Origin: an uncultured virus (IMG/VR IMGVR_UViG_3300019458_000025)
Taxonomy: Duplodnaviria > Heunggongvirae > Uroviricota > Caudoviricetes
Length of the DNA: 64,000 nt
Virus record (IMG/VR): IMGVR_UViG_3300019458_000025
Strand: one strand, 5' to 3'
Under the pieces are notes generated by a model. That model saw only the letters and a list, made by a program, of their open reading frames with translations, searched no databases and was not told where the DNA came from. The translations under genes were made by a program, and so were the position numbers. Positions 19,186 through 28,538 of the stretch are shown here, piece by piece. Position 1 is the first letter of the stretch. Every line of letters begins with the position of its first letter.

Positions 19186-19890
19186 ATAGCTCGTCGGATT
19201 GGCCCCGGTTTGGATAAAATCGACACGAGCCCTGGGGAAACACCCACTCCTCCCCGATTTCGGCAAGAAAATCGAGATTGGCCATGAAAATAGTCCGTTT
19301 CGAGGCCGATTCGGAGGGCAACAATCGAAACCCCGTCCTTTTGAGGGTTATCGGCGCCGAAGGTTACGCGAGATCGTCGCCTTCCAGAATCCTGATCGCA
19401 TTCTCCTGCCAGGGAGACGGGTCCCGGGCGGCCCGGCCGGAAGGAACGCCCGGTACCCCTTCCGGAGGGTCCGGGCAGACGGTTCGGCGGACTTCCTCCT
19501 TCCAGAACCGACTCCACCAGCGCCGATGGCGTCGGCAGACCCGGACGGACAAAGGGCATCCGCAACCGCATGAAATCCAGTACCATGCAGCGCGCCTCCG
19601 GCAAAAGTGACAGCCTGGGTCATTCGTGAAGAGGCAGACGCGGTAGGGGCGCCCGTGCAGGTCGCAGGTCGCCAGGAGCCCTTGGATCATGAGCTTTCCT
19701 CCTCGGTCTACTGTCGGGGCCGTCACAGCGTCCTGGGGGCATCGCACCCTATTGTCGGGGCGATTTCAGCGATCCCAGGCAGCCTCAAGATCCCGTAGCG
19801 TTGGCGGCCCGAGATCCAGACGGTGAGGTGTTACATCAGAGCAGACCAACCCCTATCCTACGACAGGAGGTGCAATTCCCATTTTAGAGG

Positions 19891-20124
19891 ATGAGGATGG
19901 GGAAGAACTTCGTCCACGCGCACGGTGATCGCGACCTCTACTCCAGCCTGGAGGCGGCCCAGGTACTTGGTGTGGCGGTGTCCACCCTTAACGCCCTGAT
20001 CTTCAAAGGGTTCCTGGAGCCTCCACCCGTAATCAGCGGAGTTCGTGTTTGGCGTCCTCGTGACCTAGACGCAGCCCGCACGGTCTTGGCGGCGCTGGCT
20101 CCTGCAAGAGGCGACGCCAAGTAG
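19891..20124 (+). CDS. MerR/excisionase-type HTH DNA-binding protein
   Basis: YSSLEAAQVLGVAVSTL..G...P....GVRVW. Confidence 0.7.
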   Translation: MRMGKNFVHAHGDRDLYSSLEAAQVLGVAVSTLNALIFKGFLEPPPVISGVRVWRPRDLDAARTVLAALAPARGDAK

Positions 20125-20447
20125 ATCGCCTCTCCTCTTGAATCGGCGATTGCCATAAGGTGTCGTTCGTTGCTTGCCCCTTGAGGCAGATCACGGGCAG
20201 TAAGCCTCTGCACCATTTAGTCGCCGAAGGAGGGGATGGGGGCGTGAAAGGCTATGGGCAACACACCCCCTTTGTTCTACGTGCGATCGCTACGTCTGTG
20301 ACGTGGAATCGGCGGATCTTCTCCTTTTCTTGGTCGAAGCCCCCGATTTCTTTAGGAGGGACGGCCGGAAGGCCCCTGCGGAAACGAGCGACACTTCCCC
20401 TTGTTTCTACGCGAGGTCGTTACCGCCGTGACATGGAATCGACGGGC

Positions 20448-21005
20448 CTACGCTTTTTTCTGGCCGATCCGGTGCCTCGGTTCGATGACCCGGAACGGAG
20501 CGTCCTTGACGGGAGGCGGCTGAATGTAGTCGTCGGCGAGCGGCGGGAGCCCCATGAGCGGCTCCGGCCTCATCGGGGGCACCGGGATCGCCTGGATCGC
20601 GCGGCCGAACCCTCGCCGGGTGTAGTCCATGATCGACAGGCACCCTTTGAGAAGCTCCCCCAAGCTCAGCTTCTCGCCGAACGTGAGCGAGACCTCGACC
20701 GACCGCGCGTTGATTCTTCCGCTCGACCGGGCGACGACTTCCCGCATCTCGACGATGGTCTCGCCAGTCTGGGCCGCTTCTTCGAGGCGCCGGAGGGCGC
20801 GCTGATCGAGGACCATCCGGTCGATCTCGTCGGCGATCGTGGGGTTGACGCCGTGAGGCGACGGGTAGGCCCGCGGCCGGGAAGGCTCCTCCGGAACCGA
20901 AAGCTCGCGGCGTTCCTCGGGCTCCTTCTCCTTCTTCCGGTCGGGCATCTTGAAGTGGCCGTTCTTCGACCCGGCGCCGGTCATCATCTTCCAGTACTCG
21001 TTCAT
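20448..21005 (-). CDS. Hypothetical protein
   Basis: GGAGG RBS, ATGA overlap. Confidence 0.7.
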   Translation of the reverse strand: MNEYWKMMTGAGSKNGHFKMPDRKKEKEPEERRELSVPEEPSRPRAYPSPHGVNPTIADEIDRMVLDQRALRRLEEAAQTGETIVEMREVVARSSGRINARSVEVSLTFGEKLSLGELLKGCLSIMDYTRRGFGRAIQAIPVPPMRPEPLMGLPPLADDYIQPPPVKDAPFRVIEPRHRIGQKKA

Positions 21006-21553
21006 ACGGCCTCCCGAGCGACGGCCCGGCGCTTTTCACCATGCTCGTAGCGGACCCCGCGCTCCTCGACGATGAAGTTGTAGATGTCGCCATCGAGGGC
21101 ATCAGCGATGTACTCGAACGCCTTGTAGGCGCTGATCTTGCCGCTGCACGTATAGATGTCGATCGTGGCCAGGCCAAACTCCGGCCAGGTGTGGATCGCG
21201 ATGTGGCTCTCGGCGATGATCGCGACCACCGAGAGGCCCTGGGGCTTGAACTGATGGCTCCAGACCTTGACGAGCGTGAGTTTCGAGATCTCGATCGCCT
21301 TCCGGATGGTCTCCTCCAGGCGCGCGCGGTCGTCCAGGATTCCGAACTTGACGTTCTCGATGTCGGCCATGAGGTGCCAGCCAAGGGTGACGGGGCGGTC
21401 GCCCTGGAGGGCCGCCAAGTGGTGGGGATCGCCGATGCGCCTCAACTGGTCGGCCACGTAGGCAAGGCGCTCGGTCTTGAACGAGGACTGGTCCAAGCCT
21501 CCGAAGTACACGATGCTTCTCTCCACTGCGGAGTATAACCGAATGTGTGCCAA
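21002..21553 (-). CDS. speD: S-adenosylmethionine decarboxylase proenzyme with N-terminal extension
   Basis: GWHLMAD..HQFKPQGLS..IAESHIAIHTWPE..DIYTC. Confidence 0.88.
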   Translation of the reverse strand: MAHIRLYSAVERSIVYFGGLDQSSFKTERLAYVADQLRRIGDPHHLAALQGDRPVTLGWHLMADIENVKFGILDDRARLEETIRKAIEISKLTLVKVWSHQFKPQGLSVVAIIAESHIAIHTWPEFGLATIDIYTCSGKISAYKAFEYIADALDGDIYNFIVEERGVRYEHGEKRRAVAREAV

Positions 21554-21579
21554 GGCACCAGCCTTTTCGGGTACGTCGG

Positions 21580-22005
21580 CTAGATCGCCCCGTGGGTCTG
21601 GTATCGCGGGACGGCGTACCCCTTGTCCACGAGCAGGCGGTTGACGGACTTCGCGCGGTCCCCGAAATCCGCCGGATTGAGCCAGACGAGGACGACCGGC
21701 CGATCATACGGGTCCTTGTCCACGCTGATGATGTAGACCTCCTTGCCGCGGATGAGCGGCCGGAGGAAGTCGCGCGCCTCGATCGCGCGCCTGCGGACCT
21801 CGGGGTCCTTGTCGTTCAGTTCCGGGGTGTCGATCCCGTAGAACCGGCACGGGGGGTTCGAGTAGTTCCGCTCCCCCTTGTCAATGAGGAGGTAGCAGGT
21901 GTCCCCATCGTGGACGACGTCGAAGGGGTCGCCCTCGACCAGTTGACCGTCCTTCCAGATCAGCTTCTTCACCCAGGCGCGGTATTGGAAAGGCACGAAT
22001 TCCAT
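21580..22005 (-). CDS. Thermonuclease (SNase-like)
   Basis: VHDGDT..RFYGIDTPE..DPYDR..NRLLVDKGYA. Confidence 0.85.
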   Translation of the reverse strand: MEFVPFQYRAWVKKLIWKDGQLVEGDPFDVVHDGDTCYLLIDKGERNYSNPPCRFYGIDTPELNDKDPEVRRRAIEARDFLRPLIRGKEVYIISVDKDPYDRPVVLVWLNPADFGDRAKSVNRLLVDKGYAVPRYQTHGAI

Positions 22006-22025
22006 GGGTCCTCCTTCCTTCGGTC

Positions 22026-22259
22026 CTACATCTCGATCTCCTTGGTGACCTTCCACACATGGAGGAGATCTGGGTCCGGATGACCCTGGGCGATGAGTTC
22101 CCGGCGGTAGGCGCGCGCCTTGGCCGCGGTCTCCCATACCGGCGGCTCGTCGAGTTCCTCGACGTCATGCGGGTACTGCCAGGGTTTCTCCACGCCGACA
22201 CCCTCCGGATGGTAGAGGACTTCATAGTACGTGGTCTTGTGCCCCCAGCGTTTGGGCAT
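22026..22259 (-). CDS. Hypothetical protein, N-terminal KRWG motif
   Basis: GAGGTG RBS; MPKRWGH. Confidence 0.7.
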   Translation of the reverse strand: MPKRWGHKTTYYEVLYHPEGVGVEKPWQYPHDVEELDEPPVWETAAKARAYRRELIAQGHPDPDLLHVWKVTKEIEM

Positions 22260-22432
22260 CGGTCACCTCGATAGTGGATCAAGCGACATCATTCTACTTC
22301 GCCGGATTTCCAACTTCCAGGTCTCAGATTCTTGTACGCTTTTCGCCTTTTGCGTTCCCAGTAACCCGGTAGACGGGCGAATGAGCGAAACCGGCAGGCC
22401 GGTTCACCCACAGGAAGTAGAGGAGGACAGGC

Positions 22433-22636
22433 ATGGCCGATGCAGCGAATCTTGCGGAAGGCGAGCGGGAGTACATCGCGTACGCGGGGACGTCCTTCAT
22501 CAGGGACTACCTCAAGCGGAAGGGCGTCCGGGAGTCCGTCACCTGGTTCGAGCTTGAGGGGATGCTGGCCGACGCCTGGATCGAGGCGTGGCTCGCCGCC
22601 AAGATCGACGACGGGATGATCCACATTTCCCATTGA
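22433..22636 (+). CDS. Hypothetical protein
   Basis: GAGGAGG RBS. Confidence 0.65.
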   Translation: MADAANLAEGEREYIAYAGTSFIRDYLKRKGVRESVTWFELEGMLADAWIEAWLAAKIDDGMIHISH

Positions 22637-22900
22637 CATCTGTGAACAATTGTGTACATTCAGGGTGCTCTTTTCCATTGTGTACCAGGATGACGGTCGC
22701 GGGTCCTTTGGGCGGTAGCCGCCGCAGGATCTAGGCCGTGATCCATGTCTCCTTTGGCTTTGGGCCGAAAGGCCGCAGCCGAAGAAACGCCGGGTGAAAT
22801 GACGACGGTCCCGGCCGCGTTTGGGAAGCCTTCCAAGCTGCCCGGCACGGCTTTCGCACGGGTCGGACGATCGGACGTCGAAAAGGACATGGAGACAATC

Positions 22901-24379
22901 ATGTCGCAGAGTCTCACGCTCAAGACGCGCCTTGAGTACGACAAGGTCGCGGTCGGGAAGTCCCGGGTCGTACACCTCCTCGTCAGCCTCGAAGGGGCGA
23001 AGTTCGAGGCCGACAGCCGGAAGCCCCTCTCCATCTCCGCGGCGATCGACGTCTCGGGCTCGATGGGCGAGGAGCACGGGAAGAAGATCCAGTACGCCAA
23101 GCGCAGCCTCCAGAAGCTGATCGACCACCTGACCGAGAAGGACACGCTCTCGATCGTCGCCTTCTCGGACACCGTCTGGACGGTCTTCGAGACCGCGAGG
23201 ATGACGTCCGAGGCCAAGGAGAAGGCCAAGGCCGAGGTCGAGAAGCTCCACCCGCACCAGAGCACCAACCTCTCGGGGGCGACCTACGAGTCCTATGAGC
23301 ACCTGAAGGAGCCGAGCGGCGACGTCGTCCGCTCCTTCCTCTTCACGGACGGCCTTCCGACCGCCGGGGAGACGCACCACGACCGGCTGGTCGAGATCGC
23401 CAGGCAGAAGCCCTCCAAGGCCGGGCTCACCTGCTTCGGGTACGGGAACGATCACGATCCGGAGCTTCTGGCGTCGATGGCCAAGGCCGGAGGCGGGAAC
23501 TTCTACTTCATCAAGACGCCGGACCAGTGCGCCGGGACCTTCGGCCGGGAACTGGGAGGGCTGCTCACCTGCGTCGCCCAGGCGATCAAGGTGAAGGTCA
23601 AGGCCGCCAAGGACGTGCGGGTCAAGGAAGTCCTGAACGACCTCGACGTCAAGGGCAAGGACGACGAGAGCGAGGCCGTGGTCTCGGTCGATGACGTCTA
23701 CGCCGAGGAGAACCGGAAGATCGTCCTCAAGCTGGAGATCCCCGAGGGATCGAAAGCGCTCATGGCCAGAGCCGTCAAGGTCTGCGACGTCGAGATCGCC
23801 TACCAGGATCTCCTGGCCCGCGAACCCCGCGCGGGGGAGGCCGCGGTCAAGATCGAGTACGTGAAGGACGGCGACGAGCAGAAGGAGCCCGCCAAGGAGG
23901 TCGAAGAGCAGATCGCGCTCATCCAGGCGGCCGAGGCCCAGGAGGAGGCCGAGAAGTTGGCCAACAAGGGCGACTTCGCGGGCGCGAAGAACGCGATCAA
24001 GGTCGCCATGGTCGTCTGCCGCAAGGTCGGGACGCAGTTCGCCCACGCGATCGCCGATGACCTCGACCGGCACGTCATGAAGTGCTTCGCGGACGAGCAC
24101 GAGTACAGGGCCGGTGGACAGAACTACGCGGTCTCGAACCGGCGCGGATATCTGCGCGGTCGCGGCGCGACCATCGGCACGCATTCCCTGTTCTCGTCGA
24201 GCCACCAGAAGGGGATGGCCGCGGAGTTCGAGGAGGGCGACCTGGGCGGTCCGGAGGACGAATCCGATCCGATGCCGTCCGCGCCCGTTCCGGGACCGGT
24301 CGTCCAGAAGCCGTCGAAGCCCAAGGCCAAGACGTCGCGGCCCGCGGGCCTGTCCAAGACCCGGAGGACCAGGCGCTAA
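22901..24379 (+). CDS. vWA-domain protein (YfbK-like)
   Basis: MIDAS DVSGSM, STNLSGA, FTDGLPT, FGYGNDHD. Confidence 0.88.
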   Translation: MSQSLTLKTRLEYDKVAVGKSRVVHLLVSLEGAKFEADSRKPLSISAAIDVSGSMGEEHGKKIQYAKRSLQKLIDHLTEKDTLSIVAFSDTVWTVFETARMTSEAKEKAKAEVEKLHPHQSTNLSGATYESYEHLKEPSGDVVRSFLFTDGLPTAGETHHDRLVEIARQKPSKAGLTCFGYGNDHDPELLASMAKAGGGNFYFIKTPDQCAGTFGRELGGLLTCVAQAIKVKVKAAKDVRVKEVLNDLDVKGKDDESEAVVSVDDVYAEENRKIVLKLEIPEGSKALMARAVKVCDVEIAYQDLLAREPRAGEAAVKIEYVKDGDEQKEPAKEVEEQIALIQAAEAQEEAEKLANKGDFAGAKNAIKVAMVVCRKVGTQFAHAIADDLDRHVMKCFADEHEYRAGGQNYAVSNRRGYLRGRGATIGTHSLFSSSHQKGMAAEFEEGDLGGPEDESDPMPSAPVPGPVVQKPSKPKAKTSRPAGLSKTRRTRR

Positions 24380-24791
24380 GCGACTATTTCCTCCCTCTCT
24401 CGGGGGAGCCCAGGGGGGCGTACCGCACCCCTGGGCTCCCCGATTGTATCAGCCGGAACAGCCCCGCCGGGATCATCGTTGATGACGCAATAGGTGGGAA
24501 TATGCCCGGTTAGGGAAGAAGACGGGAATCGCCTGGGGCCTTGCGGCCCCAGGCTCACGCTCGCGGACTTCGAGACCGCCTCCGGTACTACGGGATGACG
24601 AGGATGAACGGCTGCGGAAGGACGATGCCGCCGATCCGATCGCCCATCTGGTTGAACGAGTTCGGTAGAGCCAGCGGGGCGAATACGAAAATGACGATGG
24701 CCTTCATGAACGCACCCTGCCTCATGGGAACTCTCCTTCTTGAGGGCTGGAAAGAGTATACCACTTTTTTCCACCAATCGTTTTTTTTTGC

Positions 24792-24820
24792 TTGACACCG
24801 AACCTTTTCCCGGCTAGGGT
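24792..24820 (+). promoter_or_regulatory. Promoter at head of tRNA array, with T-rich UP-like tract
   Basis: T-run then TTGACA-17 nt-TAGGGT. Confidence 0.65.
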
Positions 24821-25051
24821 GTTTATTGTTACGGACGCAGAGCAAGGAGAACGGACTTCCGTGATCATGCGGTCACAACCCCGCCCAGTAGCATCCGTGC
24901 GACCCACAGTCGCCGACAGTCGGAGACTGTCGTACGGATGCTTGCCCGGCCTGTTTATCGAAGGTACCACGGCGAAGCACCTCGATAACCAGGCCGAGCG
25001 GCCGTGGACCGGGTGCGGGGGAGCCGCGTGAAGTAGACGAAAGGAAAAGCG

Positions 25052-25084
25052 AACCCCGCGCCCGGAAGGACGCGGGGTTTTTTT
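25052..25084 (+). terminator. Intrinsic terminator in tRNA-array leader
   Basis: AACCCCGCG..CGCGGGG followed by T7. Confidence 0.75.
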
Positions 25085-25332
25085 GTTGGCCTGAAAAATT
25101 GTGGGCCCACCAGCCGGGAAGGCTGATGGGCCCTGCTTGAGTGGTCTCGACCCGCAGCCATCGGCGTATGCCGGGTGCGGGACGAGTAGCTGCGGCGTGG
25201 ACTAGACGCCGCAAGTTGACAATCGGGCTGGAAACGAAGAGAACAATGTGGGGGCCTGGGCCGGGAAGGCTCAGGCCCCCACTTCCCCCCCATTCTAGCC
25301 GATTTCTCGGCTTTTTCAAGTACCCGTCTCCC

Positions 25333-25406
25333 GCGGGAGAAGTGTTACGGAAGCACGGGACCCTTCCAAGGTTCAGGCGCCGGTTCGACTCCGGTCTCCC
25401 GCACCA
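25333..25406 (+). tRNA. tRNA-Gly(TCC)
   Basis: Cloverleaf, encoded CCA. Confidence 0.85.
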
Positions 25407-25431
25407 CAAACTTTCCGGGTACACTTGAGGC

Positions 25432-25650
25432 GTGTTCGAGGCCAAAGAGGACCCGGTCCTCGCGCCGGGCACCTGGCACCTCTGGCGTCAAGGGCAGAAG
25501 CCCTTCGTCCTCTTCGCGTGTCCCAAGTGCGGGAAGGTTGCCGGACTCGACCATGAGATCGCGCCGGATGGGACCGTGAGGCCGAGCGTCGAGTGTCCGA
25601 CGAAGGGCTGCTTCCACGACGATGTCAAGCTCATGGGATGGAACCCATGA
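25432..25650 (+). CDS. Small zinc-ribbon protein
   Basis: CPKCG..PSVECP..GCFH. Confidence 0.65.
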   Translation: MFEAKEDPVLAPGTWHLWRQGQKPFVLFACPKCGKVAGLDHEIAPDGTVRPSVECPTKGCFHDDVKLMGWNP

Positions 25651-25994
25651 AGTTCCTCTGTATCTGCGAAGGCGGCAACGTCCGGAGCGTCGCCCTCGCG
25701 CGCACGCTCAAGGACAACTTCCGGCAGGACGCGATCTCGGCGGGCTGGGCCTATAACGGCCGGGATCTCCTTGAGCGCCTCGGGGAATGGGCCGACTTCA
25801 TCATCCTCATGCAGCCCTATTTCCTCGACCGGGTTCCCGAAGCGTTCCGGACGGTCTGGAAGCGCAAGATCCGCGTCCTCGATGTCGGCCAGGACCGGTT
25901 CGGTGTGCCGAGCCATCCTGAACTGGTACGCATCGTGAGCGAGGCCGCGCAATCCTGGTACAACGCCAACTGGCAGATCCCGGGCGGGGTGTGA
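25647..25994 (+). CDS. Low-molecular-weight PTP-like phosphatase
   Basis: N-terminal CX5R loop LCICEGGNVRS; SAG; WAD.I. Confidence 0.75.
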   Translation: MKFLCICEGGNVRSVALARTLKDNFRQDAISAGWAYNGRDLLERLGEWADFIILMQPYFLDRVPEAFRTVWKRKIRVLDVGQDRFGVPSHPELVRIVSEAAQSWYNANWQIPGGV

Positions 25995-26053
25995 CGGCAG
26001 CACGCGACCTTCCCAAGGTTGAAGAGCGGGTTCAATTCCCGTCGCCCGGTCCA
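25980..26053 (+). tRNA. tRNA-Gly(CCC)
   Basis: Cloverleaf, TCCA end. Confidence 0.85.
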
Positions 26054-26081
26054 GAAATAGCTCATCAACTCCACGCTTCAT

Positions 26082-26152
26082 AGGTCACGGTCCAGCGACC
26101 AGCCGGGTCTCCAAAACCCAGCAGCCCGGGGCGGCACCGGGGTGGCCTGCCA
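26082..26152 (+). tRNA. tRNA-Trp(CCA), atypical D and T loops
   Basis: CT-CCA-AA loop, GCCA end. Confidence 0.7.
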
Positions 26153-26160
26153 AAATTCTG

Positions 26161-26206
26161 GTTCCTGAGTGTGCCGGGCGCACGCTACCTTGTCACGGTA
26201 GAAGAA
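26161..26206 (+). pseudogene. 5' part of split tRNA-Asp(GTC)
   Basis: GGTTCCT acceptor strand, D arm, CTACC-TTGTCAC-GGTAG. Confidence 0.7.
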
Positions 26207-26249
26207 ACTTATACCTTGACAGTACCGACATTTTAGTTATTCTTCGGAT

Positions 26250-26807
26250 ATGTACTCTCAAGATCAGTTGACCGCCGCCTTCAAGCTCAGAGGAAAAGGA
26301 TGGCCTACATCGGCCATTTCAAAGAACTTGAAAGTCCCGCATAGGACTGTAGATCGTTGGTTGAAGGGGGTTCCGCCCGGAACCAAGGCCCATCATCTTT
26401 GGAAGTTCAGACCGTGGACGCCAGAGGAGGATCAGAAGATAAGGGAGTGCTGGGGAAAGGTTCTAATGTCCGAAGTCGCCAAAGTGCTCGGACGAAGCAA
26501 AATGGCGTGTGACCAGCGCGGGTGTCGCTTGGGTCTACCTCATAGACCAAAGCGTAATGCCGGGAAATCTCGATATGCCGCACTGAGGAGGGCGAGGAAA
26601 GTCCTTCCTAAGAAGTGTATGGTTTGCGGCTATGACAAGTTCGTGGACTGGCATCATATTATCCCGAGGAAGGAAGGCGGAACACATGACGTTCGTAATA
26701 CGATCATGTTGTGCCCAAACCACCATCGAGAAGCCGATCAGGGGCTCATCTCTAAGAAGACGCTTCTTTCAATAACCGTGAAATATTTGGCGCAGATGGC
26801 AAAGTAG
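26250..26807 (+). CDS. HNH endonuclease with HTH and Myb-like segments; own promoter at 26216
   Basis: CMVCG..WHHIIP..GG....N...LCPNHH; AT-richer than flanks. Confidence 0.85.
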   Translation: MYSQDQLTAAFKLRGKGWPTSAISKNLKVPHRTVDRWLKGVPPGTKAHHLWKFRPWTPEEDQKIRECWGKVLMSEVAKVLGRSKMACDQRGCRLGLPHRPKRNAGKSRYAALRRARKVLPKKCMVCGYDKFVDWHHIIPRKEGGTHDVRNTIMLCPNHHREADQGLISKKTLLSITVKYLAQMAK

Positions 26808-26867
26808 TCGAGCCGCCCGCTTGTCAAGCAGGATACAGAGCGGGTGCGAGTCCCGTCTGCGCCGCCA
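26789..26867 (+). tRNA. tRNA-Asp(GTC)
   Basis: Cloverleaf, GCCA end; overlaps HNH stop. Confidence 0.75.
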
Positions 26868-26868
26868 A

Positions 26869-26892
26869 GTTCGACTCCCGTAGGGATCGCCA
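26869..26892 (+). pseudogene. 3' part of split tRNA-Asp
   Basis: GTTCGACTCCCGT-AGGGATC-GCCA; AGGGATC pairs with GGTTCCT at 26161. Confidence 0.7.
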
Positions 26893-26974
26893 AACTTCGG
26901 CGAGGAAAACGGGCTCCGCGCGAAGAGCCTGCCGCTGGCATGGAAACGCGCGCTTACAGTGGCTCTCGCCATAC

Positions 26975-27049
26975 TGCCCTGTCGTCTAACTGGTAGGATT
27001 CCTGGTTCTGACCCAGGCGATGGAGGTTCGAATCCTCCCGGGGCAGCCA
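26975..27049 (+). tRNA. tRNA-Gln(CTG)
   Basis: Cloverleaf. Confidence 0.88.
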
Positions 27050-27068
27050 AGCTTCTGCTATAATCCAT

Positions 27069-27142
27069 GCCGCTTGGGTGTGACGGTAGCACTCCACGCT
27101 GAAGACGTGGCGGGCACGGTTCAATTCCGTGAGGCGGCACCA
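27069..27142 (+). tRNA. tRNA-Phe(GAA)
   Basis: Cloverleaf. Confidence 0.85.
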
Positions 27143-27159
27143 AGAATTGGCGAGGGGGA

Positions 27160-27657
27160 ATGATGACCTGCGGGCAGTGCAAGAAGGCCCAGGCGACCGT
27201 CCACGTCACGTTGCGCGAGAACGGCAAGTACGTCGAGGGCCACTACTGCCCTCCTTGCGCGCAGAAGTCCGGCGCCTGCGACCTCAACGTGACCATGAGC
27301 GACATCATGGCCCAGACGGCGCCGAGACCGCGCCGAGCGTCCCATCACCAGATCCGGTGCCAGCGCTGCGGGATCAGCCTGGCCGACATCAAGAAGAAGA
27401 CCCGGATCGGCTGTTCCGAGGACTACAAGCTTTTCGAGCGCGACCTGGTCGAGTTCATGGATCAATACCACGGGTCGTCGCAGCACGCCGGGAAGGTCCC
27501 CGGGGTCGATCGGCGGACGCGGTTGGAAGCCGAACTCACGCGGCTCCAGGTGGAACTCGGAAAGATCGTCAAGCAGGAAAAATACGAGGACGCGGCGAAG
27601 ATCCGGGACCGCATCCGCCAGATCGAAGCAGATCTTGAGAAAAACGTGGGGTGTTGA
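27160..27657 (+). CDS. mcsA: McsA (protein-arginine kinase activator; CxxC motifs plus UVR domain)
   Basis: CGQC..ATVHVT..CPPCA..CQRCG..RIGCSEDY..HAGKVP..EKYEDAAKIRDRI. Confidence 0.88.
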   Translation: MMTCGQCKKAQATVHVTLRENGKYVEGHYCPPCAQKSGACDLNVTMSDIMAQTAPRPRRASHHQIRCQRCGISLADIKKKTRIGCSEDYKLFERDLVEFMDQYHGSSQHAGKVPGVDRRTRLEAELTRLQVELGKIVKQEKYEDAAKIRDRIRQIEADLEKNVGC

Positions 27658-27779
27658 AGGACAGGCATACTTCTAGGGACCTGGAAGTCCGGGTGCGAAT
27701 CCCGGCGTCGGCATACGGGCCGACGTGGCGTAAGAGCAGCGCGCCAGGAGTAAGGAGCCTATCCGCCTATTGCCCCCAC
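27646..27779 (+). ncRNA. Y RNA-like gene 4 (YrlA-type permuted tRNA domain)
   Basis: Conserved arms; T arm, loop-closed acceptor stem, D arm in that order. Confidence 0.75.
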
Positions 27780-27801
27780 CTTAATTCAATAGTGGATCAG
27801 G

Positions 27802-28491
27802 GTGGAATACCTATACAATGCCACTGTGGTCCACCACGGTCTAAGGAAATCAAAGTTCTTCCTTTCTTCGAAGTACGATGGGAAAACTCGGCGCTGCGCC
27901 TGGGTGAACTGTGGTGCCTGCGGACGAAGATTCATTAAGCCGGTCGCGCGCATTCGTTCGCGCGTCGGATGTTCCATTCTATGCAGGGCTCGACTTCGCA
28001 GGACTTGCGTTACCAGAAAATGTCCTGTATGCAAAAAAGCCTTCCTTGCAAGGCCATCTAGGATTGCTCAGGCCAAAGGACCACTGTGCTGTAGTCGCAA
28101 TTGTCGGAGCACGGCACAACGCATAAACAGCGGTGTAATGGTCTCGCGACCGGAAAACTGGGGGAAAAGCGGCGGACGGTCTGAGGCGGCTAGAATACGC
28201 AAATCGTTTGGTCCTAAAGCTAAATGTGTTGCATGCGGGATAACCTTCAGACCAGTCTTGACACTTCACCATATAGATGGCGATGACCAAAACAATACGA
28301 AGTCAAACCTTGAAATCGTTTGCTGGCTTCATCACGCGATAAGGCACATGGTTCGGAAGGGTAAAACGTGGACATACAGCACAAAACACCTAACACCTAG
28401 AAGGCTTCTTCATAAACTGGAAAGGCTAGTGGCGACTACGAAATTGGGGGGCGTCGTCCAAAGGAAGGACGCCAGTTCGGCAGACTGGTAA
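27802..28491 (+). CDS. HNH endonuclease with Cys-rich repeats
   Basis: LTLHHIDGDDQNNTKSNLEIVCWLHH; AT-richer; overlaps tRNA-Ala. Confidence 0.8.
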   Translation: MEYLYNATVVHHGLRKSKFFLSSKYDGKTRRCAWVNCGACGRRFIKPVARIRSRVGCSILCRARLRRTCVTRKCPVCKKAFLARPSRIAQAKGPLCCSRNCRSTAQRINSGVMVSRPENWGKSGGRSEAARIRKSFGPKAKCVACGITFRPVLTLHHIDGDDQNNTKSNLEIVCWLHHAIRHMVRKGKTWTYSTKHLTPRRLLHKLERLVATTKLGGVVQRKDASSADW

Positions 28492-28520
28492 TGCGGGTTC
28501 GAGTCCCGCCGCTTCCACCA
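28447..28520 (+). tRNA. tRNA-Ala(GGC), C33
   Basis: G3:U70 pair, cloverleaf. Confidence 0.8.
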
Positions 28521-28538
28521 GAATTCCGAGGGCCTCTC

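Noticed and set aside
24830..25084. T-box riboswitch
   Set aside because: AGGTACCACGG only partly resembles the T-box, lacks the UGGN bulge context and is far from the terminator.
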